Below, piece after piece: positions 21,040 through 30,511 of a stretch of DNA of 64,000 nt; the stretch's first letter is position 1; every line of letters starts with the position of its first letter. This stretch comes from Tissierellia bacterium (GTDB lineage Bacteria > Bacillota > Clostridia > Tissierellales > Tissierellaceae). The notes under the pieces are model-generated. The model saw only the letters and a program-made list of their open reading frames with translations. It ran no database searches and was not told where the DNA came from. The stretch is taken from NCBI GenBank assembly GCA_012518035.1, contig JAAYTL010000001.1, positions 20,374 through 84,373 of the forward strand, written 5' to 3'. A program made the translations under genes and the position numbers.

Positions 21040-21723
21040 ATGAAGGATAAGCAAAACAATACTAATGAAGTCGATAGAAATGAATCAATAAAGGACTATG
21101 GAACTCCGGAAGTAAAATCCTTTAAAAGTAACATCCAATTCATATCTATAATAGGTGAAATAGAGGGCCATACCATGGCTCCTTCAGACAAGAAATCAAC
21201 CAAATATGAACATATAATTCCCCTTCTAATCAGTGCCCAGATTGATCCTAAGATTGAGGGAATATTAATTATTCTTAATACTGTTGGAGGTGATGTTGAA
21301 GCAGGACTGGCGCTTTCGGAGATGATCAACAGTCTGAGTAAGCCAACCGTGTCCATTGTTCTTGGGGGTGGCCATAGTATTGGGGTTCCCCTAGCCACAT
21401 CTACTGATTATTCCTTTATTGTCCCAACTGCAACTATGACCATTCATCCCATTAGGACTACTGGGCTAGTAATAGGTGTGCCTCAGACCTTCAGGTATTT
21501 TCAAAAGATGCAGCAAAGGATTAATGACTTTGTCATTAGAACATCTAAAATCAGTCCTGATAGGTTCTATGAATTGATGAATGCAACAGATGAACTAGCC
21601 AATGATGTGGGTACCATACTTGTAGGCGAGGCTGCTGTAGAAAACGGATTAATTGACGAAGTAGGAGGCTTGGCAAAGGCCCTAGATAAGTTGAATGAGT
21701 TAATGGGTGGAAATAATAAATAG
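21040..21723 (+). CDS. tepA: ClpP-fold protein, TepA (translocation-enhancing protein) like
   Basis: [13 protein letters not shown] and GGGHSIG ClpP-like motifs. SD GGGAGG precedes ATG 21040. Position before ftsK/spoIIIE as in B. subtilis. Confidence 0.78.
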   Translation: MKDKQNNTNEVDRNESIKDYGTPEVKSFKSNIQFISIIGEIEGHTMAPSDKKSTKYEHIIPLLISAQIDPKIEGILIILNTVGGDVEAGLALSEMINSLSKPTVSIVLGGGHSIGVPLATSTDYSFIVPTATMTIHPIRTTGLVIGVPQTFRYFQKMQQRINDFVIRTSKISPDRFYELMNATDELANDVGTILVGEAAVENGLIDEVGGLAKALDKLNELMGGNNK

Positions 21724-21801
21724 AATAAGCATAGATATTGTGCTATAATAACATATGGAAAGGCAAAGGGGGCAGTTTCCCTCCTGATTAGGTGAGGTAA
21801 T

Positions 21802-23976
21802 ATGAGTAAAACAAAGAAACGAAAAAACAGAAGAAAAAATCCACAAGGACTTAATAAGGATATAATTGGCAGCCTATTTATAGCGATTGGGCTTATCTGG
21901 TTAATAAGCCTTTTTAGCCTTCAAATGGGTCTCATTGGCTCTCTATTAAGGGGGACTAGTTTCTTATTAATGGGCTTTGGAGCTTATTTTTTGCCTGTAG
22001 CCCTGTTTGCTATAGGACTAATACATATATTAGAAAGATTTGATAATGAAGAGTTTCAAAAATCTATACTTATTTTAATAATGCTTGTATTATTAGTAAT
22101 ATTCTTAGATGCTCCCAATATTGAAATCCATGATTTCTTCGACAGGATGAGGATTGCTAACTCCCTGTCCTTGGTAAATAAGGGTGGAGGAATTATAGGT
22201 GGCTTTTTGGGATTTTTCTTTTATAAGCTATTTGGGAAAATAGGTGGTTACATAGTCCTCTTTTCTGGATTTAGTATATGCATCATGATCCTGACCAAGA
22301 TAGAATTGAAGGTCTTATTAAGGAGGCTAAGCCTAAATAACAAGCTTAAGGATGACCTAGGCAAACCTAGCAATAAGACTAAGACTAGGAAGGCAAGGGT
22401 TAAAAGTGCTCAGGAACAACTAGAATTGGATCCTGAAGAAATAAGGATCCTAGACTACAAGTCTAACACTAGCAATACTAAAAAGACCCAGCCTACTAAG
22501 GATAAGGTGAGTTCAACGGATGAGGAGCTTATCATTATAGATCCTTCGTCTAAGGGACAAGTATACACCATACCACCCATACATTTATTAACTTCTCATG
22601 AAAGCAAGAAAAATGACGATGAGAAGAAGGAGATAATAAATAATGCAAGAATAATAGAAGAGACCATGAAGAATTTTGGTATAGAAGCAACTATAACTCA
22701 GATCAATAGGGGGCCTACTATAACTTGCTATGAGTTATCGCCTTCTCCAGGTATAAAATTAAGTAGAATAGTTAGTCTATCAGACAACATAGCCCTAAGC
22801 CTAGCATCATCTGATATTAGGATAGAGGCTCCAATTCCTGGAAAGGCAGCTGTAGGGATTGAGGTGCCCAACAAAACCAAGGAAGCTGTAACCCTTAAAG
22901 AGATGTTATTAACAGATGAGTATAAGGATATAGATTCTGACCTACCCTTGGTCTTAGGCAAGGATGTTAGTGGTAAACCAATTATATCATCCATAGATAA
23001 GATGCCCCACCTGTTAATAGCTGGTGCAACTGGCTCTGGAAAGAGTGTACTAATCAACTCCATCATTATGAGCATTATTTATAAATCAAGTCCTGATGAT
23101 GTGAAGTTGATGCTTATAGATCCTAAGGTTGTAGAACTAGGTATTTATAATGAGATTCCCCATCTATTGATTCCGGTTGTAACCGATCCGAAGAAGGCTT
23201 CATTTGCCTTAAGTTGGGCAGTAGGTGAGATGGAAAATAGATATAAATTATTTGCCCAGGAAAGCGTTAGGGATATAACTTCATATAATTCAAAACAGGA
23301 AGCTAATAAGGGAGAGAAGTTATCCTCTATAGTTATTATTATAGATGAACTGGCTGACTTGATGATGGTATCAGCCAATGAAGTAGAGGACTACATATGC
23401 AGGTTGGCCCAAATGGCTAGGGCTGCTGGAATTTATTTGGTTGTAGCCACCCAAAGGCCATCTGTGGATGTTATTACTGGAACAATCAAGGCCAATATAC
23501 CATCAAGAATCTCCTTTGCTGTATCTTCCCAGGTTGACTCAAGAACAATCCTGGATATGGGAGGGGCTGAGAAGCTCCTTGGTAGAGGGGATATGCTCTT
23601 TTACCCATCCTTTTATTCCAAACCCTTAAGGGTACAAGGTGCATTTGTTAGCGATAAGGAAGTTGAATCTGTTGTTAATTATTTAAAAGAAAACAATAAG
23701 GTGGATTATGACGACGAAGTTATTGACCTTGTTCAAACCTCAAAGGAAATACAGCTGGATAATAGTGATGAGTTATTGGATGAAGCCATCCAGCTTGTTG
23801 TTGATGAAGGACAAGCATCTATCTCCCTCCTTCAAAGGCGACTTAGAATCGGGTATACTCGAGCTGCCAGGCTTATCGATGAAATGGAAGCCAGAGGTGT
23901 CATAGGGGGATTTGAAGGGAGTAAGCCTAGGAAGGTCCTTATTAGTGCTGATGAATTAGAGGAACACGGTAATTAG
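21802..23976 (+). CDS. ftsK: DNA translocase FtsK/SpoIIIE
   Basis: N-terminal TM segments, Walker A HLLIAGATGSGKSV, Walker B VIIIDELADLMM, and a C-terminal gamma wHTH (ISLLQRRLRIGYTRAARLIDEME). Confidence 0.94.
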   Translation: MSKTKKRKNRRKNPQGLNKDIIGSLFIAIGLIWLISLFSLQMGLIGSLLRGTSFLLMGFGAYFLPVALFAIGLIHILERFDNEEFQKSILILIMLVLLVIFLDAPNIEIHDFFDRMRIANSLSLVNKGGGIIGGFLGFFFYKLFGKIGGYIVLFSGFSICIMILTKIELKVLLRRLSLNNKLKDDLGKPSNKTKTRKARVKSAQEQLELDPEEIRILDYKSNTSNTKKTQPTKDKVSSTDEELIIIDPSSKGQVYTIPPIHLLTSHESKKNDDEKKEIINNARIIEETMKNFGIEATITQINRGPTITCYELSPSPGIKLSRIVSLSDNIALSLASSDIRIEAPIPGKAAVGIEVPNKTKEAVTLKEMLLTDEYKDIDSDLPLVLGKDVSGKPIISSIDKMPHLLIAGATGSGKSVLINSIIMSIIYKSSPDDVKLMLIDPKVVELGIYNEIPHLLIPVVTDPKKASFALSWAVGEMENRYKLFAQESVRDITSYNSKQEANKGEKLSSIVIIIDELADLMMVSANEVEDYICRLAQMARAAGIYLVVATQRPSVDVITGTIKANIPSRISFAVSSQVDSRTILDMGGAEKLLGRGDMLFYPSFYSKPLRVQGAFVSDKEVESVVNYLKENNKVDYDDEVIDLVQTSKEIQLDNSDELLDEAIQLVVDEGQASISLLQRRLRIGYTRAARLIDEMEARGVIGGFEGSKPRKVLISADELEEHGN

Positions 23977-24014
23977 TATAATGTTCTGATAAAATTATTA
24001 GAAGGAGAAAGAAG

Positions 24015-24560
24015 ATGAATATAGCTAATAAGATTACTATATTTAGGGTTGCTATGGTACCAGTTTTTCTACTGGTGCTATACTCAGACCTTAACAACAG
24101 TCATATAATAGCAGGTATAATCTTTATATTTGCTTCACTTACTGATACCCTTGATGGTTATTTAGCTAGAAGCAGGAACCTGATTACAAACTTTGGAAAA
24201 TTTGTCGACCCCTTGGCTGACAAGATCCTGGTTTCTGCAGCCCTGATCTCCCTGGTGGAAATGGGCAAGATACCTGGTTGGATAGTTGTGGTAATCATAG
24301 CAAGGGAGTTCACTATAACTGGGTTTAGGGTTTTGGCAGCCTCTGAAGGGGTTACCATTGCTGCCAGCTCCCTGGGCAAGTTTAAAACCATAACCCAACT
24401 ACTTGGTATAATACTAGTTCTTTTTAATAATTTTCCATTTGCAGGGGTTGGCATACCTATGGATAAGATTATGATTTATCTTGCCTTCTTTTTTACCGTC
24501 TTATCTGGTATAGATTATATAGCAAAAAACAAGGATGTTTTAAATATAAAAGATATTTAA
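24015..24560 (+). CDS. pgsA: CDP-diacylglycerol--glycerol-3-phosphate 3-phosphatidyltransferase
   Basis: CDP-alcohol phosphatidyltransferase motif DTLDGYLARSRNLITNFGKFVDPLADK. Confidence 0.93.
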   Translation: MNIANKITIFRVAMVPVFLLVLYSDLNNSHIIAGIIFIFASLTDTLDGYLARSRNLITNFGKFVDPLADKILVSAALISLVEMGKIPGWIVVVIIAREFTITGFRVLAASEGVTIAASSLGKFKTITQLLGIILVLFNNFPFAGVGIPMDKIMIYLAFFFTVLSGIDYIAKNKDVLNIKDI

Positions 24561-24570
24561 CAGGAGATGG

Positions 24571-25806
24571 ATGATGAAAGCAGAAATAATCACAATTGGT
24601 ACCGAAATAACCATTGGCAGTACTTTAAATACCAATGCCTATTATTTGGCTCAAAAGCTCTTTGAACTTGGAATAGAGAACCATTATCAAACTACAGTTG
24701 ATGATGATGCCCAAAGATTAAAGGATGTTATTAGTATTGCCCTGAACAGGGCTGATATAATTATCACTACTGGCGGTCTAGGTCCAACTAAGGATGACAT
24801 GACTAAGGAAGTTATAGCTGAAGTTATGGGCTTAGAACTAGAACACAACCCTGAGATGGAAAAGCATATCCAAGATATGTTTACCAGGATAGGAAGATGC
24901 ATGAGTAGCAACAATAGAAAGCAAGCTACCAAGCCAGAAGGGTCTATTTTTATTGAGAATAGTGTTGGTACGGCTCCTGGAATTTATATTTATCATAAGG
25001 AAAAGAAAATAATAATGTTGCCTGGCCCACCCCGTGAGATGAGGACCATGTTTGAAAACCACGTAAAGGACCTAATTCAAGATGATTATATCATGTTAAC
25101 TAAGTCTGTAAATACTGTGGGGATAGGTGAATCATCCCTAGAGTCTAGATTAAATGAGCTAAACCTAGCCTACGAAAATATCAATATTGCCACCTTCGCC
25201 AGGGATGGTAGGGTTGAAATCAAGCTAATTGGCAAGGGATTAAGTAGGCAAGAAATAGAAAGGGACATGGATGAAATTATAGCCAGACTTAATGTAGAGT
25301 TCCGTGAATATATATATGGCTATGATAACATCAGCCTGGAAGAAGTTGTTGTCAACCAGCTAATGCAAAAAGGGCTTAAGATTGGCCTATGTGAATCCTG
25401 CACAGGAGGACTCGTATCCAGTATGATTACAAGGGTGCCAGGCGCTTCCAATGTCTTGGATAGGGCTGTTGTGACTTATAGTAATGAGGCAAAGATGGAG
25501 GAATTGAATGTAAAGAGTTCCACCTTGAAGAAGTATGGGGCTGTCAGTGAAGAGACTGCATATGAAATGGCCAAGGGTTTAATGGAAAAAGTTAATCTAG
25601 ATCTAGTTGCCTCTATAACCGGTATAGCTGGACCTACTGGTGCTAATGAAAATAAGCCTGTAGGCCTGGTCTATGTATGCATTATGTCCAAGGACAGGCA
25701 TAAGGTAATTAAGTTGAATTTTAACGGTAATCGAATCCAAATCCAAAATAGGACAGCCATAAATGTATTGGATGAAATAAGGAAATATTGTAGAGATTTT
25801 AATTGA
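24571..25806 (+). CDS. cinA: competence/damage-inducible protein CinA (MoCF + PncC domains)
   Basis: IITTGGLGPTKDD MoCF motif and C-terminal CESCTGG PncC motif. pgsA-cinA-recA synteny. Confidence 0.9.
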   Translation: MMKAEIITIGTEITIGSTLNTNAYYLAQKLFELGIENHYQTTVDDDAQRLKDVISIALNRADIIITTGGLGPTKDDMTKEVIAEVMGLELEHNPEMEKHIQDMFTRIGRCMSSNNRKQATKPEGSIFIENSVGTAPGIYIYHKEKKIIMLPGPPREMRTMFENHVKDLIQDDYIMLTKSVNTVGIGESSLESRLNELNLAYENINIATFARDGRVEIKLIGKGLSRQEIERDMDEIIARLNVEFREYIYGYDNISLEEVVVNQLMQKGLKIGLCESCTGGLVSSMITRVPGASNVLDRAVVTYSNEAKMEELNVKSSTLKKYGAVSEETAYEMAKGLMEKVNLDLVASITGIAGPTGANENKPVGLVYVCIMSKDRHKVIKLNFNGNRIQIQNRTAINVLDEIRKYCRDFN

Positions 25807-25831
25807 CATAATGGATAATATAGTATAAGAT
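25803..25831 (+). promoter_or_regulatory. recA promoter
   Basis: TTGACA (25803-25808), 17-nt spacer, TAAGAT (25826-25831). Confidence 0.6.
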
Positions 25832-25839
25832 AGAATAAA

Positions 25840-25851
25840 GAACGGACGTTC
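25840..25851. promoter_or_regulatory. LexA (Cheo) box upstream of recA
   Basis: GAACGGACGTTC, a perfect GAAC-N4-GTTC palindrome 9 nt downstream of the -10 and 40 nt upstream of the recA ATG. Confidence 0.85.
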
Positions 25852-25890
25852 TAATGATGAAAGGGGTGAATCCAGTATAACTGGAAGGCT

Positions 25891-26916
25891 ATGAGTGATT
25901 ATGAAGAAAAAAGAAAGGCACTAAACTTAACATTAAATCAGATAGAGAAACAGTTTGGCAAGGGATCTGTTATGCTTTTGGGAGATGGTGCTAAATTGGA
26001 TTTAGACGTAATCTCAACAGGATCCTTAGACCTAGATATTGCTTTAGGTATTGGAGGAGTACCAAGGGGAAGGATAATAGAGATTTTTGGACCTGAATCC
26101 TCTGGTAAGACAACCTTGGCCTTACATATAGTGGCTGAGGCCCAAAAAGATGGGGGTATTGCAGCCTTTATAGATGCAGAGCACGCCCTAGATCCTTCTT
26201 ATGCAAAAAATCTAGGGGTTGATATTGAAAATTTGATAATTTCTCAGCCAGATACTGGTGAGCAAGCCTTAGAAATTACAGAAGCCCTAGTTAGAAGTGG
26301 AGCTGTAGATATTGTTGTTGTAGACTCAGTAGCTGCCCTAGTTCCCAAGGCGGAAATCGAGGGTGAAATGGGAGATTCCCATATGGGGCTCCAGGCAAGG
26401 CTAATGTCCCAGGCTCTAAGAAAACTAGCTGGTTCCATAAATAAATCTAATACTACTGTTATTTTCATAAATCAATTAAGGGAAAAAATCGGTGTAATGT
26501 TTGGTAATCCTGAAACAACTACTGGTGGTAGGGCCCTTAAGTTCTATGCTAGTGTTCGCCTAGATGTTAGAAGGGTGGAAACTATTAAGCAGGGAGATGA
26601 AATCCTAGGAAATAGGACCAGGGTTAAGGTAGTTAAAAACAAGGTAGCCCCTCCTTTCAAACAGGCTGAATTCGATATCATGTACGGCAAGGGCATATCA
26701 AAGGAAGGTAATATAGTGGATGCCGGTGTTAGTGCAGGGATTATTAAGAAGGCAGGATCTTGGTTCAGTTATGGTGAGCACAAGTTCCAAGGTAGGGAAA
26801 ATGCCAAAGACTTCTTTGCTGAAAACCCTGACCTAAGGGAAGAAATCGAAGAGAAGATTAAGGAAAAGTTTGGACTAATAAAAAATAAGAGCTCCGCAAT
26901 GGAGGAAGAAAGTTAG
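25891..26916 (+). CDS. recA: recombinase RecA
   Basis: [15 protein letters not shown] Walker A, VVDSVAAL, and full-length collinearity with RecA. Confidence 0.98.
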   Translation: MSDYEEKRKALNLTLNQIEKQFGKGSVMLLGDGAKLDLDVISTGSLDLDIALGIGGVPRGRIIEIFGPESSGKTTLALHIVAEAQKDGGIAAFIDAEHALDPSYAKNLGVDIENLIISQPDTGEQALEITEALVRSGAVDIVVVDSVAALVPKAEIEGEMGDSHMGLQARLMSQALRKLAGSINKSNTTVIFINQLREKIGVMFGNPETTTGGRALKFYASVRLDVRRVETIKQGDEILGNRTRVKVVKNKVAPPFKQAEFDIMYGKGISKEGNIVDAGVSAGIIKKAGSWFSYGEHKFQGRENAKDFFAENPDLREEIEEKIKEKFGLIKNKSSAMEEES

Positions 26917-26934
26917 AAAAATAGAGATTTATAT

Positions 26935-26962
26935 AAAACCTCCTCATAGAAGGAGGTTTTAT
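26935..26962 (+). terminator. recA intrinsic terminator
   Basis: AAAACCTCCT-CATAGA-AGGAGGTTTT followed by ATT. Confidence 0.75.
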
Positions 26963-26988
26963 TAACTATATAGGATGGAGGTGTTTCT

Positions 26989-27972
26989 TTGAGGATATTA
27001 TTTTTTACTGACTCTCATATCAGGGGTACTACACCTAGAAATCGAAAGGACGATTTTGTTGATACCCTAGAGGAGAAGTTTTTGGAAATTAGAGATATTA
27101 TAAATACGAACCATGTGGATTTTGTCTTGCATGGAGGAGATTTGTTTGATAGACCGGATGTATCCATATCCATTACAGCCCGTTTTTCAAGAATCTTAAA
27201 AGAAATCCAGGCTCCAATCTATATAGTTAGTGGAAACCACGATGTTTTTGGGCATAATCCACTCACTATAAATAGAACCATGTTAGGCTTATTAAGTCAA
27301 TTAGATATCTTTACTATCATTGATGAAAAGGATAAGCTAATCCTAGATAAGGATGGTATAAGGGTTCAGGTAACCGGTCAACCCTATATATATAATATGG
27401 ATGACTCAGCTAATCGAAAATACTATATCCTTGATGATGTAGATGAAGGAGTTAATTACTCAATACATATTGTGCATGGGATGCTTTTGGACAAACCTTT
27501 TGTTAAAGGTGTACCATATACCTTAGTGGAGGAAATCAAGGATACCAAGGCCGACATAACCTTAGCAGGACATTATCATTCAGGCTTCGATAATATCCAA
27601 ATTGAGGGGAAGTATTTTATAAATCCAGGCAGTATAGTCCGTATATCCAATAGTTTAAGAGAGATGGAAAGAAGGCCCAAGGTCATAATTATAGACCTGG
27701 AGGATGAAATTAAGATTTCCAACATCTATTTGGAAAGCGCACTAGACAGTAACCTGGTCCTAGACAGGGAAGAGATTGAAAAGAGTATATTTAAAAGGGA
27801 AAGACTATACGAATTTAAACAAACCATTGACTCTGCAGTAAACTTTGAAAAAATGGACATCAATGATCTCTTGATTGAGGTTTCCAGGAGCGAAGGATTG
27901 AGTGAAGAGGTTAAGGAGGAGGCCTTGAGGAGAATAGCTATGGTTCAGATGAAAGGATTAAGTGGTGATTAG
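26989..27972 (+). CDS. Mre11/SbcD-type calcineurin-like metallophosphoesterase
   Basis: All phosphoesterase motifs are present in order: FTDSH, HGGDLFD, SGNHD, IVHG, AGHYH. TTG start 5 nt after SD GGAGGTG. Confidence 0.8.
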   Translation: MRILFFTDSHIRGTTPRNRKDDFVDTLEEKFLEIRDIINTNHVDFVLHGGDLFDRPDVSISITARFSRILKEIQAPIYIVSGNHDVFGHNPLTINRTMLGLLSQLDIFTIIDEKDKLILDKDGIRVQVTGQPYIYNMDDSANRKYYILDDVDEGVNYSIHIVHGMLLDKPFVKGVPYTLVEEIKDTKADITLAGHYHSGFDNIQIEGKYFINPGSIVRISNSLREMERRPKVIIIDLEDEIKISNIYLESALDSNLVLDREEIEKSIFKRERLYEFKQTIDSAVNFEKMDINDLLIEVSRSEGLSEEVKEEALRRIAMVQMKGLSGD

Positions 27973-27973
27973 C

Positions 27974-29416
27974 ATGAAATATTTAAAAACAGTTATATTA
28001 GAAAACTTTCAATCCCACAAGCACACCTCAATAGAATTTAATGAAGGATTAAATGTTATCCTAGGCCCATCCGATTCTGGCAAATCTGCCATAATTAGGG
28101 GAATTAAATGGGCCCTATACAATGAGCCTGCTGGAGACTTTTTTATCAAGGAAGGGGAGCGCGAGGCATCAGTAACCCTAATCTTCAGTGATGATACTAA
28201 GGTACAAAGAATAAGAAGCAAGTCAAAAAATATCTATATTCTCAGCAAGCAGGATGGTGAAGAGCTCCGTTTTGAGGGGTTTGGTATGACTGTACCTGAA
28301 GAAATCATAGAAGCAACCGGAATATACAAGATTAAGCTGGATAGTGATTCCTCCAATGCCATCAATTTAGCTGAGCAACTTGAGGGCCCCTTTCTTCTCT
28401 CAGAGAAGACCAGTACCAGGGCAGTGGCCATAGGGAGGCTTATAGGCGTTAATGTGATAGACGATGCCCTAAGGGAGACCTTAAGGGATAAGGGTAATAA
28501 ATCAAGAAGAAAAAATGACTTGGAAGATAGAAAAGACAAGCTAAAAGAAGAATTAGGCCAATATGAATACCTTGATATGCTTAAACTAAAACTAGATAGG
28601 GTTGAGAATTTAAGAACAATTATTGCTGAAAAATCTAAGATGAAGGAAAGGCTTGAATCTTCAGCAGAAAACTATAGGAGACTTAACAAGGATCTAGTAT
28701 CTATCAATAAGCAACTATCCCGCCTAGATAAGCTAGATGAGATTGATAAGCTATTAAAGGATTTAAATTACTTAGCATCAAGGTTAAGATATCTAGAAAT
28801 TAAAAGAGAGAATTATAATAATTATAGGAGAGACATCTATAGCAGTGCTGACCTTATAAGTAAATTAAATGGAGTAGACCATGTAGATAGAATACTAAAG
28901 AAGACTGATAAATTATATTCCCAAATAAATAGACTGACCAGGCTTAAAAACAAGTTTGACACTATTAAAGGGGATAGGCAAGCTTTGAACAGGACCTATA
29001 CTAGGTTAGAAAACTTAGATAGGGTGGAAGATAACTTATCTTCCCTTAACAAAATCTCTCCTCAACTTAACAAGCTTAAAAAGTTAAAGGATGAGTATGA
29101 TAAGGTCCTAGAAAGTTTAAAAGTAGGTAGTGAATTTATATATAGATTTAAGGACCTGGAAAAAGCTGAATCCCTGTCTAAGGAAATGGATACTAGAGTA
29201 AAAAGACTTAATAGCTTAATGGACTTATCCATGAGATTAAAGAAATTGGAAATTAATCTTAAAAATGAAAGCCAAGAGATTGAAAGACTTGATAAGGGTA
29301 TAGAGATTCAATTAAGCAAGTATAAGGAAATTCTAGGGAAATTTGAGAGGTGTCCATTCTGTCTAAACGAAATTGATAGCGATAAAATGGAGCATATTAT
29401 CAAACATTATAAGTAG
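27974..29416 (+). CDS. Rad50/SbcC-like ATPase, N-terminal head plus ascending coiled coil ending in a CPFC hook
   Basis: SMC/RecF-type N-terminus ILENFQSH...LNVILGPSDSGKSA (Walker A). About 270 aa of K/E/L/N-rich heptad sequence follows, with CPFC 20 aa before the stop. No Walker B or signature motif occurs in this ORF. Confidence 0.7.
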   Translation: MKYLKTVILENFQSHKHTSIEFNEGLNVILGPSDSGKSAIIRGIKWALYNEPAGDFFIKEGEREASVTLIFSDDTKVQRIRSKSKNIYILSKQDGEELRFEGFGMTVPEEIIEATGIYKIKLDSDSSNAINLAEQLEGPFLLSEKTSTRAVAIGRLIGVNVIDDALRETLRDKGNKSRRKNDLEDRKDKLKEELGQYEYLDMLKLKLDRVENLRTIIAEKSKMKERLESSAENYRRLNKDLVSINKQLSRLDKLDEIDKLLKDLNYLASRLRYLEIKRENYNNYRRDIYSSADLISKLNGVDHVDRILKKTDKLYSQINRLTRLKNKFDTIKGDRQALNRTYTRLENLDRVEDNLSSLNKISPQLNKLKKLKDEYDKVLESLKVGSEFIYRFKDLEKAESLSKEMDTRVKRLNSLMDLSMRLKKLEINLKNESQEIERLDKGIEIQLSKYKEILGKFERCPFCLNEIDSDKMEHIIKHYK

Positions 29417-29425
29417 GGGGTAAGA

Positions 29426-29677
29426 ATGATGAATTATGAAATGGAATTGAACAAGCTTAAGGAAGATTTAGATAAGGCCAAGGATTTAAAGTATCGGGCA
29501 GAAGCTAGGTTAGATGAATTAAAGAAACAGGAAAATGAGTTAATAAAAGAACTAGAGGAATTAGGAGTAGACCCAAAAGATTTGGACTCAGAAATTGAAA
29601 AACTAACCAAGGAAATGAACAGTCTCTTGGATGAAGCAAATAGCCTATTACCTAAGGATTTACTAGAAAAGAAGTGA
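29426..29677 (+). CDS. 83-aa coiled-coil protein (candidate descending-arm fragment)
   Basis: Entirely heptad-like K/E/L sequence. SD GGGGGT precedes ATG 29426. Same reading frame as the upstream ORF, separated from it by one TAG. Confidence 0.5.
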   Translation: MMNYEMELNKLKEDLDKAKDLKYRAEARLDELKKQENELIKELEELGVDPKDLDSEIEKLTKEMNSLLDEANSLLPKDLLEKK

Positions 29678-29681
29678 TCTT

Positions 29682-30335
29682 ATGAATGAGAAAATTATAG
29701 CCTTAGATGAAAAGATAAGCGATTTAAGGGATTTCCTTGCCAGGGAAGGCGGTAAGAGAGAAAAACTTGAGGAACAATTAAAAGAGGTTGATGCGGATTT
29801 AATCCTAGTCTCTGACAATATAGAACTATTAGAGAAAGTTATTATCCTCTACCAAAAGACCGCTGAATTTGCAAGGAAACAAGCAACCATGCAAATAGAA
29901 TCATTGGTAACGAAATGCCTACAGTTCATTTTCGAATCAAATGTTGAGTTCCTTATTGAGATAGAAGAGCTGCGTGATAAGGCCAATGCTGAATTCTACG
30001 TAGTCAATGAGAGTGAGGACTTTATAATCAAGACCAGGCCAGAACTATCAAGGGGTGGTGGAGTAGTAGATATTGTTTCCCTAGCTTTAAGAATTGCCTT
30101 CTTACAGATACATAAGCCCAAGGTTGAGGGGCCCTTGATCCTGGATGAGCCTGCCAAACATGTAAGTGAAGAGTATATTTTTAATGTAGGCAATTTTTTG
30201 AAGCAGACTTCTGAAATGTTCAACCGCCAAATTATTATGGTAACCCATAACCAGCATTTATCAGCTATAAGCAACAACTGCTATAGAGTGGAGATAGACG
30301 ATTCAGTTAGCTATGTGACTAAAGTTGACCACTAA
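29682..30335 (+). CDS. Rad50/SbcC-like ATPase, C-terminal head fragment
   Basis: About 65 aa of coiled coil, then signature-like SRGGGVVDIVSLALRIA, Walker B PLILDEPAKH and H-loop MVTHNQ. No Walker A occurs in this ORF. Confidence 0.65.
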   Translation: MNEKIIALDEKISDLRDFLAREGGKREKLEEQLKEVDADLILVSDNIELLEKVIILYQKTAEFARKQATMQIESLVTKCLQFIFESNVEFLIEIEELRDKANAEFYVVNESEDFIIKTRPELSRGGGVVDIVSLALRIAFLQIHKPKVEGPLILDEPAKHVSEEYIFNVGNFLKQTSEMFNRQIIMVTHNQHLSAISNNCYRVEIDDSVSYVTKVDH

Positions 30336-30341
30336 TATATC

Positions 30342-30370
30342 TTGACATTAGTTTAGATAAGTAATAGAAT
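30342..30370 (+). promoter_or_regulatory. sigma-A type promoter of rny
   Basis: TTGACA (30342-30347), 17-nt spacer, TAGAAT (30365-30370), about 140 nt upstream of rny. Confidence 0.55.
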
Positions 30371-30511
30371 AAAGGTGTAACCATACAATGGTATATTGTA
30401 GCCACTTCTACAAGTTGCTACAAATCTAAACTTCAGTTAGGGATTTTTATAGCTGAATTTAACAATATACTTGAAAAATAAAACGTAGTATGGAACTTGA
30501 AAACTAAATAA

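Noticed and set aside
23708-23905. 65-aa same-strand alternative-frame ORF inside ftsK, and similar short same-strand ORFs such as 11195 inside the nusA tail.
   Set aside because: The ORF inside ftsK overlaps the conserved gamma-domain coding frame and has no SD. The 11195 ORF is the ylxR frame, re-called from its internal ATG at 11210.
26989-30335. SbcD/Rad50-like operon as part of an anti-phage defence island.
   Set aside because: This is not excluded, but I did not adopt it as the primary call. The operon sits alone between recA and rny, with no other defence, restriction or mobile genes and no obvious compositional break. A DNA-repair role, or gene decay, is at least as likely.
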